Positions 36,426 to 44,401 of a DNA stretch of 64,000 nucleotides are shown here, in pieces (the first letter of the stretch is position 1; the number at the start of each line of letters is the position of its first letter). The translations under genes were made by a program, and so were the position numbers. The notes beneath the pieces are model-generated. The model was not told the origin of the DNA. It ran no database searches and saw only the letters and a program-made list of their open reading frames with translations. The DNA comes from Planctomycetota bacterium (GTDB lineage: Bacteria; Planctomycetota; SZUA-567; H5-PLA8): the NCBI GenBank assembly GCA_035628505.1, contig DASPJR010000215.1:1808-65807 (forward strand). The letters run 5' to 3'.

Positions 36426-36707
36426 GAAGTAGGTCACTGTCCCTAGTTTCCGCCTCCCTGGTTTGAGTTAAATGATCCCTTCGACAACTCGGAGACAATC
36501 GCCTTTTCAATGCATAGAGATAGCCGCTCCGCGTCTATCCGGGCCACCCGCCCTTTTCAGAGAGTGCCACCCGCGATAAACGTTTTGTGGATGTCTAAAC
36601 CCACGCTCAGCCCATTGAAACGCGCGCGAAGTGAATTAATCTTCTTCATTGTTCCCTCCTCCTCTTGACCTTCGGACATGTGATTGCAGTCACTGAGCCC
36701 GTTATCG

Positions 36708-37196
36708 TCAATGGGGAGGGAACCTATTCACAACATCACTAAGCTCGATATGCTTCAAATTTTCTACGAATTCTGTAAATGAGGCAAAAGGTAGTGGGAC
36801 CTTATCAGGCGTATCTTCCACGGCGCCATACGGGTACCATAAACCAATAGCATACTTTTGTGGTTCCTTCATACTCATAATGACCTCCCAATCATCAAGG
36901 GTCACTGCGATACTCAGAAAATCCCTGAAACTGGGCACGTCGCTGACGATATTTTCATTTGCTAGAACTATCGAATAGATCGGCAATTTCGTTGAATCTG
37001 AAACACGGAGCCATTGCCTAATTTCCTGGCCAGTAGTCTTCAGTCTACATCGTTTTGACCAAGCACCATTATGCACAAGCAAAAATTGCTTGTAATCGTC
37101 AGGAAGGACAACGCCAAGTCGCCCTTCCACAGCACGCAGGTCGGCAGAGGTAATTTTTGGCCCACGCTCCTCAAATATGATATCGTTAGCTTTCAT
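36708..37196 (-). CDS. SMI1/KNR4 (SUKH-1) family protein. Immunity-protein-like, orphan.
   Basis: 162-aa ORF. AT-rich codon usage. GRLGVVLPDDYKQFLLVHNGAW is the SMI1/KNR4 signature. No toxin gene upstream on the same strand. Confidence 0.7.
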   Translation of the reverse strand: MKANDIIFEERGPKITSADLRAVEGRLGVVLPDDYKQFLLVHNGAWSKRCRLKTTGQEIRQWLRVSDSTKLPIYSIVLANENIVSDVPSFRDFLSIAVTLDDWEVIMSMKEPQKYAIGLWYPYGAVEDTPDKVPLPFASFTEFVENLKHIELSDVVNRFPPH

Positions 37197-37307
37197 CGAA
37201 CGTTCTCGTTAGTAAATATTCCATTTTGTTGAAGAAAGTCTAGAACCGCCCTTTCGCCAGACTACCCCATCGCGTCCCGAACAAGAATCATCTTGATCTC
37301 TCCTCTT

Positions 37308-37480
37308 GCGCGGGTGGGCACAGATACGACCGGATGGCACAGACGCGCAGCGGCGATCTGTGTCCCGCGGGCGGGTGGCATCCTTCTAGCGCTCCACATC
37401 AGCTTGCTTCCAATTCCGGAGTGGCGGGTGGCATTTGCTTGCACTCCGATCGCGGCTTGCGTCCGTTCAAGGGTGCCACT
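37308..37480. repeat. REP-like palindromic cluster (GCGGGTGGCA units)
   Basis: Four GGGTGGCA/TGCCACCC units. The 57-nt unit 37424-37480 is about 88% identical to 38621-38676. Further copies at 36541-36576, 37733-37762, 39395-39475 and 40020-40036. Confidence 0.7.
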
Positions 37481-37870
37481 GAGCTGCGGAGCAGATCAGT
37501 GCGATCGGCGGACGGATGCTTCCAAGCGCTACCGTGCTGGATCGTCCACTAACCTTTCATCGAGTCGTCAACGCTCAACGATTGATTGTCGCGCTTGCCG
37601 AGCACCAGTCACGCGAAATTGGACCAGCGCCAGTCGGCTGCGGACTTCACCAACCGCCGCTTCACTAGATTGTTGTGACAGTACTCCGCTTTCTCAATCG
37701 CCTTTTTCATCGACCAGATGTTGAGGTCGTGCGCGGCTGGTGGCACTTTGTGCCACCCGCGGGTCCGTTTTACGTTCCCTTATCGGGTGAAATGTCAAAT
37801 GACGATGCTAAGATCGCAAGACAGAATGCAGAGAAACTTCAGAGTATTAGACATTTGAGGGTGATGAAGC

Positions 37871-38602
37871 ATGTGGATATTCTTGGTAGTAGCAATCATT
37901 CTTTTTTCGAATGCAAATGCTCAGGATATTTTTAGCGGAGAGATGTCTGCAATAGGAAATGAGGCGATTCATTACGAACTGCTAAAGAAAAGGGTAGATC
38001 TTTGGCGCGGGGCCCCATTGTATCAAAGAATCGCTGCCGCCCAAGAAGCTGCTTCGTATTTGACTGATCTCAAAAGGATTCGCGAAACCGGAAACTTTCG
38101 AGGTAGAAGTGAACATGACCTTGAAATTGTCGCAGGTCGCGCAGCGCTTGTGATAACCGGACTAATCGGATTGACTTTGCCTTCAATAACTCGGGAATCT
38201 ACCCAGGATGAAGTGAAAGCATTTCCTGGAATTGCTGCAGCGTACTGCGATGGACTAATCAGGGGACTTGTTGAAACACGGCAAATGTTCGGCGCTGTTC
38301 TTTCAAGTGAGGTGAAAAAAAGGGTGTTAGAATTGAAGGAGGGGTATAATGCTGCGCGACATAAGGATGCTTCTGAGGATGAACTAATCAAGGCTGTCGA
38401 CTCGGCGTTGGGCTTTCTGGCTCTTCAGAATCCAATCGGATGTACTAAGGAAGAGATCGAAGCTTTTTTTGGACCACTTTCGGCAATCGACAAAGATAAT
38501 TATAAGGTAAATGTTTTAACCAGGCTAGGTGGGATTTCTCTTTGTTTTACCATCAAAGGTGATGTAGTGACAAAAGTATTACTTCAGAGCTCGGGAAAAT
38601 GA
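37871..38602 (+). CDS. hypothetical secreted protein (AT-rich island cargo)
   Basis: 243-aa ORF. Signal peptide MWIFLVVAIILFSNANA. About 43% GC. No recognisable domain. Confidence 0.6.
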   Translation: MWIFLVVAIILFSNANAQDIFSGEMSAIGNEAIHYELLKKRVDLWRGAPLYQRIAAAQEAASYLTDLKRIRETGNFRGRSEHDLEIVAGRAALVITGLIGLTLPSITRESTQDEVKAFPGIAAAYCDGLIRGLVETRQMFGAVLSSEVKKRVLELKEGYNAARHKDASEDELIKAVDSALGFLALQNPIGCTKEEIEAFFGPLSAIDKDNYKVNVLTRLGGISLCFTIKGDVVTKVLLQSSGK

Positions 38603-38620
38603 CGAAAAACTAGGGCAGTC

Positions 38621-38795
38621 AGGCGGGTGGCATTTGCTTGCGTTCCGATCACGGCTTGCCTCCGTTCAGGGGTGCCATGTCTGAATAGGTTCCCGGGTCA
38701 AGGCGGGTGGCATCTTTCTGCCGCTCTTGCATCAGCTTGCTCCCGATTTTGGGTGCCACCCGTCTCGCCGTTGAGACGGGTGCGGGTTGGGTGTA
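38621..38795. repeat. REP-like palindromic cluster, including the left inverted repeat of the RAYT unit
   Basis: ggcgggtggcat twice and gggtgccacccgtctcgccgttgagacgggtgcggg at 38751-38786. The latter is the reverse complement of 39389-39424 with one compensatory stem change. Confidence 0.7.
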
Positions 38796-38810
38796 GCATC
38801 CTCAAGCGCT

Positions 38811-39381
38811 ATGGATCAACCCGTTCCGCATCGCAAGCGCAACAAGAAATACAATATCCCGGGGCACGCTCATTTTCTGACTTTTTCATGTTACCGCCGC
38901 ATGGCGTTTCTCACCAACGACACGTTCCGCCGGTAGCTGGCAGACTCCATCCGCGCAAAGTGTGACGAGTTTTACTACGCGTTGTGGGCGTATGTGTTCA
39001 TGCCTGAGCACGTTCATCTGTTGCTCAAGCCGCGCCGTGAGATGTACGAATCTGGCCAAATTCGAGCAGAGCTTTAAACTTTCTTTTTCGCGTAAGCTGA
39101 TTGTTCAATTGTCGCGAGTGAATTCGCCCCTGCTGCAGTCGCTGCGCGTCAAGAACGGGTACCGCGTCTGGCAGGAGGGCGGTGGACACGATCTGAACAT
39201 CTGGTCGATGAAGAAGGCGATTGAAAAAGCAGAGTACTGTCACGGAAATCCGGTGAAGCGGCGGCTGGTGAAATCAGCGGAGGAATGGCGCTGGTCGAGT
39301 TTCTGCTGGCTGGTGCAGGGGAAGCGCGAGGATGCGCCGCTACGCGTTGATGTATGGGACGAAACTCTTCTGGAAGGCTGA
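38811..39381 (+). pseudogene. REP-associated tyrosine transposase (RAYT, IS200-like Y1 transposase), decayed
   Basis: MDQPVPHRKRNKKYNIPGHAHFLTFSCYRR...FRR, then in-frame TAG at 38934, then LADSIRAKCDEFYYALWAYVFMPEHVHLLLKPRR (the HVHLL Y1-transposase motif), then a frameshift near 39075 into the ORF-track frame (...YRVWQEGGGHDLNIWSMKK...HGNPVKRRLVKSAEEWRWSS). Confidence 0.75.
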
Positions 39382-39477
39382 GCGCCAACCCGCACCCGTC
39401 CCAACGGCGGGACGGGTGGCACCCGAAATTAACGAGCGCAAGCTGATGTGGGAGGTGGTAGAAAGATGCCACCCGCC

Positions 39478-39995
39478 TGAGCTTGCCTGTTGTCTCATCC
39501 ACTTTTCCTCGCCTTACACTAGAGGGTAGATTTGTTGCATAACAGTTTGACTAAGTCGTGGTAGCCACAGGAGTAAAAAAATTGAAATGTTGCGCTTCGT
39601 GTTGCGCAACACGCAAACCGAGGGGTGAAAATACGTTGCAACTTCGAACTTTCAATATTTAGACAAGTAGCTGAAATGTTATATCCAGTGCGAACGGCAC
39701 GCGTCACGCAAAGCCGCGAAGACGCAAAGAACGGCGCCGACGCGTCCTTGGTTTCTCGTTTTTGTTTTTGGTTTCTAGTTCCGGTTTCGGTTTTGGTTTT
39801 TGGTGAGACGGAGCACCGCCGGGGGTTTTGGGTTTCGCTGCCCTTCAGGCTGAAAGCCTGAAATACGAAAGCCCAGGGCAAAGCGAGCCGCGCGAGCGCC
39901 GCCCTGGGTCAGCGCCCCTTTCGAGATCCTGAGCCCTGACAGGGCGAAATAAAGAGTAGTCTCTGATTCAAAAGTTGAGTAAGGTGACCCCTGCA
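39478..39995. repeat. about 520-bp direct repeat, copy 2 (right boundary of island)
   Basis: See copy 1. Confidence 0.85.
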
Positions 39996-40105
39996 TGGGC
40001 GCAAGCCGCGAGTAGAGTGCAAGCTGATGCCACCCGCCAAGGAACTCGGAAAAATGCCGCTCTTCGGAGCGGCTTTTTTGCCGGTCCAGCGTATACTTGT
40101 GCGGC

Positions 40106-41335
40106 GTGAAAACGAGAGCGTCTATAACAGGAACTGCACGGCGGATTCTCTGCGCCGTCTTCGTGCTGACTTCATGTGCGCTCAGCGCCGGCGAGATGCC
40201 GCAGATCAAAGAGCCGGATTGGGAGGCATGGAAAAACGCTGATCCTGCGGCAAAGAAGCGCGCGGCAGATGACCTCGCTGTTGTGCTGGCCAGCCGGCCG
40301 CAGGCGTCAGCCACGCAGGCTGAAAAAGAGCAGGTTGCAAAGAAACTGAATGAGGCCTATGCGTCTCTTCAGAAAAATGCCGACGCGTCATACGCGGTCG
40401 CCGCGGAATTGCTGCGCAAAACCACCGACGATTGGGAGCGGCTGACGCTGGGGCTCTTGCTGGCCCCGGCCGCAAATGGTTCGACGTATCTGCACTGGGC
40501 GATGGCGAAATCGACAAGCCTTCCACCCAGTCTGTTTGAGCAGTTTTATTACATCGCCCGTGGCCTGGCCAGGGAGCGCAAGCCTGAAGTTCTGCCTGCC
40601 ATCACTCTGATGATGAAGGCCAGCGAGGGGCGACTCCGGCTGCCGTTTCTTTCGTGGCATATACCCTTCGAGGACTGTCTTTTTTACGTATTCGGCACAT
40701 ACGGTAAAGACGCTGTTCCTTACCTGCGGACGCTCCTGAACGATCCCTATCCGGTTGTGCGCCGTAACGCGGCCATTCTGCTCGGCTATTTCTTCGATCG
40801 CGAATCGGTTGCGATACTTCGCTTTGCGCTGAAGTCGGATGATCTGATTGCAGGCGGAGCTGCGTTCGCGCTGGGCGAGATGGGAATCCAGGACGCAGCA
40901 AAGGACATGGTACCTTTACTGAAGCACCCCGATGCCCGCACGCGTTTCTTCGCGGCGTACGGTATTTATGAACTGAAGTATAAGGAGGCGCTGCCTGATT
41001 TAGTCGAAGCATCGCACGACGAGTCGGATACGGAGACCTTCCAGGAGATCACGGAGACGATTAATTACTTAACTGAAAATCCTAAACCCGAGCCGGTGGT
41101 GAAAAAGCTTTCGCGTGAGGAACTTGATGCGGCGCTGGACGCTGCCGAGCGCTCCCGGGGAATGACGTTCGACGCCGATGTGCTGGTTGTGTCGTGCGAA
41201 GAGCGCGATATGCCCCGCATTGAGAAGCTGCTGCTTCTGCCGACGGAAATGCCTTCAGATAAAGCGCATAAGAAGTTCAGGCAGTTGCGTGAACTCTATA
41301 AGAAGCTGCATCGCCGGCTGAGTGGTAAGCCTTAA
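40106..41335 (+). CDS. secreted HEAT/PBS-lyase-like repeat protein
   Basis: GTG 40106 (VKTRASITGTARRILCAVFVLTSCALSA signal). HEAT-like repeats (PVVRRNAAILLGYF...DLIAGGAAFALGEMG...ARTRFFAAYGI). Confidence 0.7.
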   Translation: MKTRASITGTARRILCAVFVLTSCALSAGEMPQIKEPDWEAWKNADPAAKKRAADDLAVVLASRPQASATQAEKEQVAKKLNEAYASLQKNADASYAVAAELLRKTTDDWERLTLGLLLAPAANGSTYLHWAMAKSTSLPPSLFEQFYYIARGLARERKPEVLPAITLMMKASEGRLRLPFLSWHIPFEDCLFYVFGTYGKDAVPYLRTLLNDPYPVVRRNAAILLGYFFDRESVAILRFALKSDDLIAGGAAFALGEMGIQDAAKDMVPLLKHPDARTRFFAAYGIYELKYKEALPDLVEASHDESDTETFQEITETINYLTENPKPEPVVKKLSREELDAALDAAERSRGMTFDADVLVVSCEERDMPRIEKLLLLPTEMPSDKAHKKFRQLRELYKKLHRRLSGKP

Positions 41336-41459
41336 GCGCCAGCTGCCAGACATATTTGCGCCACGCCCGCCATCAGGCGGGCTTTTCTTTTTAAGCAACT
41401 CCACGGTCCGATCGTTGCTTCCTTGTTGAAGCGGTGAGTTGATTGAGAGGAAAAGAACT

Positions 41460-41864
41460 ATGGCTGAGCGACCGGAAGACGACGAAAAGAAACACGAGGC
41501 GCCCATCGCAGAGCACACGTCCAACCAGCGTCACGAAATGGACTACGTGCATGAAGACGACGAGGATGATGACGCCGATATTCATGCCCAACTTGGCGCC
41601 GATCACCACGATGACGACACAATGGACTGGCTGCTTGAAGATCTGCCAGACGGCGTCAAAGAGTATGCCGAAAAGTTCAAAGAGTTTGCGCTGAAAAAAG
41701 TCGAAGAGAATCCGATGCAGGCGCTGGCCATGGCCGCAGGCGCGGGCGCGCTGATCGCGGTGGCGCTGGGCGGAACGCGCGGAGGACGCAAAGGCATTCG
41801 CAAGATTGTCAAAGCGCTGCCGAAGTCCATTCGCAAGCCGCTGCGCAAGGCCGTGAACGTTTAG
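41460..41864 (+). CDS. ElaB/YqjD/DUF883-like small membrane-anchored protein with acidic His/Asp-rich N-region
   Basis: MAERPEDDEKKHE...HEDDEDDDADIH..HHDDD. C-terminus ENPMQALAMAAGAGALIAVALGG resembles the DUF883 C-terminal anchor. RBS gagagga. Confidence 0.55.
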   Translation: MAERPEDDEKKHEAPIAEHTSNQRHEMDYVHEDDEDDDADIHAQLGADHHDDDTMDWLLEDLPDGVKEYAEKFKEFALKKVEENPMQALAMAAGAGALIAVALGGTRGGRKGIRKIVKALPKSIRKPLRKAVNV

Positions 41865-41934
41865 ATAGCTCTGGGGTGGCTCGGACGGCGGGTTGCCGAT
41901 CAGTTGAAGAAAACGCTCGTCCCGGAGGCTGCTC

Positions 41935-42384
41935 GTGTCCGAGCTGCTCATCGACGTCGCGAGTCTCGAGACGCTTATAAAGAACCGCCTGAACGCGGCG
42001 GTACGCTGCGTTCCGAAGCCGCAGGGTCTCGTCATCGAATTGCAGAAGGCGACGGGAATGCGCGTTCCCGGGCTGCGCACGCTGAAAGCCAGCATTGCGC
42101 TGGCCTCGCCGCGCCTGCGAGGAAGCGATCTGACGCTGCGTTACCGCGTTTTGAAAGTCGCGGGATTGAATCTGGGCAATCGGACGGTGCTCGCACTGGC
42201 TTCGCTGCTGGGACTGACCACGAAAGCACAACACCTGGTTTCACTGGACCGCAGCCGCATTCGTGTGCATCTCGACGCACTGCGCAAGGAGAACCCGTGG
42301 GCGCAGGCGCTGAAGATAAGATCCGTGGCTCTGCCCGAGCCGGAGCGCCGCGTTCTGAAGATCTCGTTCAACGTGGAGCCGTGA
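41935..42384 (+). CDS. hypothetical protein
   Basis: GTG start 7 nt after GGAGG. 149 aa. No recognised domain. Confidence 0.5.
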   Translation: MSELLIDVASLETLIKNRLNAAVRCVPKPQGLVIELQKATGMRVPGLRTLKASIALASPRLRGSDLTLRYRVLKVAGLNLGNRTVLALASLLGLTTKAQHLVSLDRSRIRVHLDALRKENPWAQALKIRSVALPEPERRVLKISFNVEP

Positions 42385-42386
42385 GA

Positions 42387-42623
42387 ATGGCTACTTTATT
42401 TTTAGACCTGCCGTCCCTGCAGAATCTGCTGCGCCGCTACGGCGTGGAGCTCTCGCCTGCAGGCGACGGGGAATTGAATTTAAGGCAGCGGCAGATGGGC
42501 CTGGCGCTATTTATAAAATCGTTGAATCTTTCCGGCGATGTGAAGCTGAACGGAATGACGGTAAACATCAAAGACATCGAGCTCCAGCCAGACGGTGCTC
42601 ATGTTCACTTCGCCATACGTTGA
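42387..42623 (+). CDS. hypothetical small protein
   Basis: ATG 42387 is 2 nt after the upstream stop. 78 aa (MATLFLDLPSLQNLLRRYGVELS...). Forms the 3' end of a chimeric 239-aa ORF-track entry. Confidence 0.45.
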   Translation: MATLFLDLPSLQNLLRRYGVELSPAGDGELNLRQRQMGLALFIKSLNLSGDVKLNGMTVNIKDIELQPDGAHVHFAIR

Positions 42624-42640
42624 GCGGGCTTGGCGGCCGT

Positions 42641-44332
42641 TCAACTTCCGGCGTGTAGTGGCAGTGCGAAAGTAAAACGAGCGCCCTTTCCGGGGCCGTC
42701 GCTGTACGCCGCCACTTTTCCGCCGTGCAGTTCGACCATGCCTTTGACCAGCGCCAGACCGAGCCCCAATCCCCCAAAGCTGCGGTCCAGAGATTGCTCA
42801 CCCTGGACGAACGGCTGAAACATCCTGTCGAGCAGCTGCGGACTGATTCCCCGCCCGTTGTCGGCGACCAGCACAACGGCATGGCCATTGTTGCGCGAGA
42901 GCTCCACCCGCACGTGCCCGCCGGATGGAGTAAACTTGCGGGCGTTGTGCAGCAGGTTGCTCAGCGCCTGGGCGATGCGTGTGGCATCCACCTCCGCTCG
43001 CAGCGGCACGGGCGAAAGGGCAAGTTCGAGCGATAAACCGCTGGCCTGAAGCGTCGAGCGGTAATCGGCAACAGTCAGCTCAACGAGGTTTACGAGGTCG
43101 ACGGTGTCTTTTCGCAACAGGACCTGCCCGCGTGATATACGAGAAACATCCAGAAGGTCGTCGATCAGCCGCGACATGTGAGCGACCTGGCGCAGGATGA
43201 TGTCGCCCAGCTGCCGCAGCTTTGAATCGGGGCTTGATTGAAGATTCAGCGCGTATGCCGCCGTGCGGATCGGTGCCATGGGGTTGCGCAACTCATGAGC
43301 GAGCGTCGCCAGGAACTCGTCTTTCTGCCGATTGCCTTCGCGTAAGGTTTCTTCAATCCGCTTGCGTTCGGTAATGTCGGTTGAGACTCCGCATATTGCG
43401 TAAACCTGCCCGCTGTCGTCCCGCAGCGGAGACTTCAGGGAGATGTAGGTGTGCGGACCGTCCCTGAGCGTGAGGCTCTCCTCGTAGCGGCTCGGTTCTC
43501 CGGATTGCATTACCTTGCGATCGTTGTCAGTCACAATCGCTGCCATCGAGCTCTCAAAAAGCACGGAGTCGGTATTTCCGATTGCTTTTTCGCGCGCAAT
43601 ACCCAGCGAATCGATGAAATGCTGGTTAACCAGCTGGTAGCGCCCCTCGCGGTCTTTCACGTACACCAGCGCGCTGACGTTGTCGATGATCGCCTGCAGC
43701 CGCGCCTCGGATGCTTTGCGCCTGTTAATTTCCTGCTGCGCCTGTTCAAACAGACGGGAGCGTTCCAGCGCTTGCGCACACTGCTCGGCGATGGAGAGCA
43801 GGAAAGAGCATTCATCGGGAGCGAAGTCCTTTGAATCCGGAAAGCAGAACGCGATGCATCCGGCGACCCGTTCACGAATGATCAGCGGAAGCGCCGTGAC
43901 TGCCCCGCCGTGCTCCGCGCCGTGTGCCTCGGCCAGAGCGGGAAAGCGCGTGTTTCTTTCCTGGCGCGTGCGGACGAACACCGGCAATCCGGTACGGATT
44001 GCTTCCGCCACCGGCACCGGGGATTCGAGAGGATACGTGCGCCAGGCATCCTGCAGTTCAACGGGAACGCCCGTGAACGCAACGTTGATGATTGTTTTGC
44101 CATCATCATGCAGCAGCGCTACGACGCCGACTTCAGCGCCAAGCGCCGGCGAGGCCTGCCCAATGATTACTTCGGCGACTTCGGAAGGCGTGACGACTTT
44201 GGACAACGCAGACGTAATCGCCTGAAGCCGCGTAAGCCTCTCGACGATAACCTGGGCATCCGCGCTGACAGCGTGCGTGGACGCGTGGCGCAGAACCGAA
44301 GGCTGCTCAGCCGTGTGTTCGTTGCGATTCAC
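42641..44332 (-). CDS. sensor histidine kinase (GAF - PAS - HisKA - HATPase), cytoplasmic
   Basis: H-box LAHELRNPMAPI. N/G boxes (LHNARKFTPSGG, DNGRGI, GGLGLGLALV). PAS-like (LVYVKDREGRY). No TM segment. Confidence 0.9.
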   Translation of the reverse strand: MNRNEHTAEQPSVLRHASTHAVSADAQVIVERLTRLQAITSALSKVVTPSEVAEVIIGQASPALGAEVGVVALLHDDGKTIINVAFTGVPVELQDAWRTYPLESPVPVAEAIRTGLPVFVRTRQERNTRFPALAEAHGAEHGGAVTALPLIIRERVAGCIAFCFPDSKDFAPDECSFLLSIAEQCAQALERSRLFEQAQQEINRRKASEARLQAIIDNVSALVYVKDREGRYQLVNQHFIDSLGIAREKAIGNTDSVLFESSMAAIVTDNDRKVMQSGEPSRYEESLTLRDGPHTYISLKSPLRDDSGQVYAICGVSTDITERKRIEETLREGNRQKDEFLATLAHELRNPMAPIRTAAYALNLQSSPDSKLRQLGDIILRQVAHMSRLIDDLLDVSRISRGQVLLRKDTVDLVNLVELTVADYRSTLQASGLSLELALSPVPLRAEVDATRIAQALSNLLHNARKFTPSGGHVRVELSRNNGHAVVLVADNGRGISPQLLDRMFQPFVQGEQSLDRSFGGLGLGLALVKGMVELHGGKVAAYSDGPGKGARFTFALPLHAGS

Positions 44333-44401
44333 GGGTGCGACTCTCCGCTACGCGATTCTCCTGTCTCGCATCCGGATTTACCAGTTGTGCTGCAGGGATT
44401 T

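Larger units (their letters stand above)
35896..39995. mobile_element. about 4.1-kb AT-rich insertion island bounded by 520-bp direct repeats, carrying SUKH immunity-type gene, secreted ORF, REP arrays and REP-flanked RAYT pseudogene
   Basis: GC drops from about 63% to about 42-50% inside. Begins 10 nt after the ftsK terminator. Terminal direct repeats. No integrase seen. Confidence 0.5.

Noticed and set aside
38627-38965. 112-aa plus-strand ORF
   Set aside because: It spans a REP cluster and the RAYT 5' region in a wrong frame. The RAYT reading frame (38811 onward) carries the family motifs.
41904-42386. First two-thirds of the 239-aa ORF 41904..42623
   Set aside because: This part is an Arg-rich alternative frame overlapping the better-supported 41935..42384 gene (GTG with GGAGG RBS). 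Only the last 78 codons (from ATG 42387) are kept as a gene.
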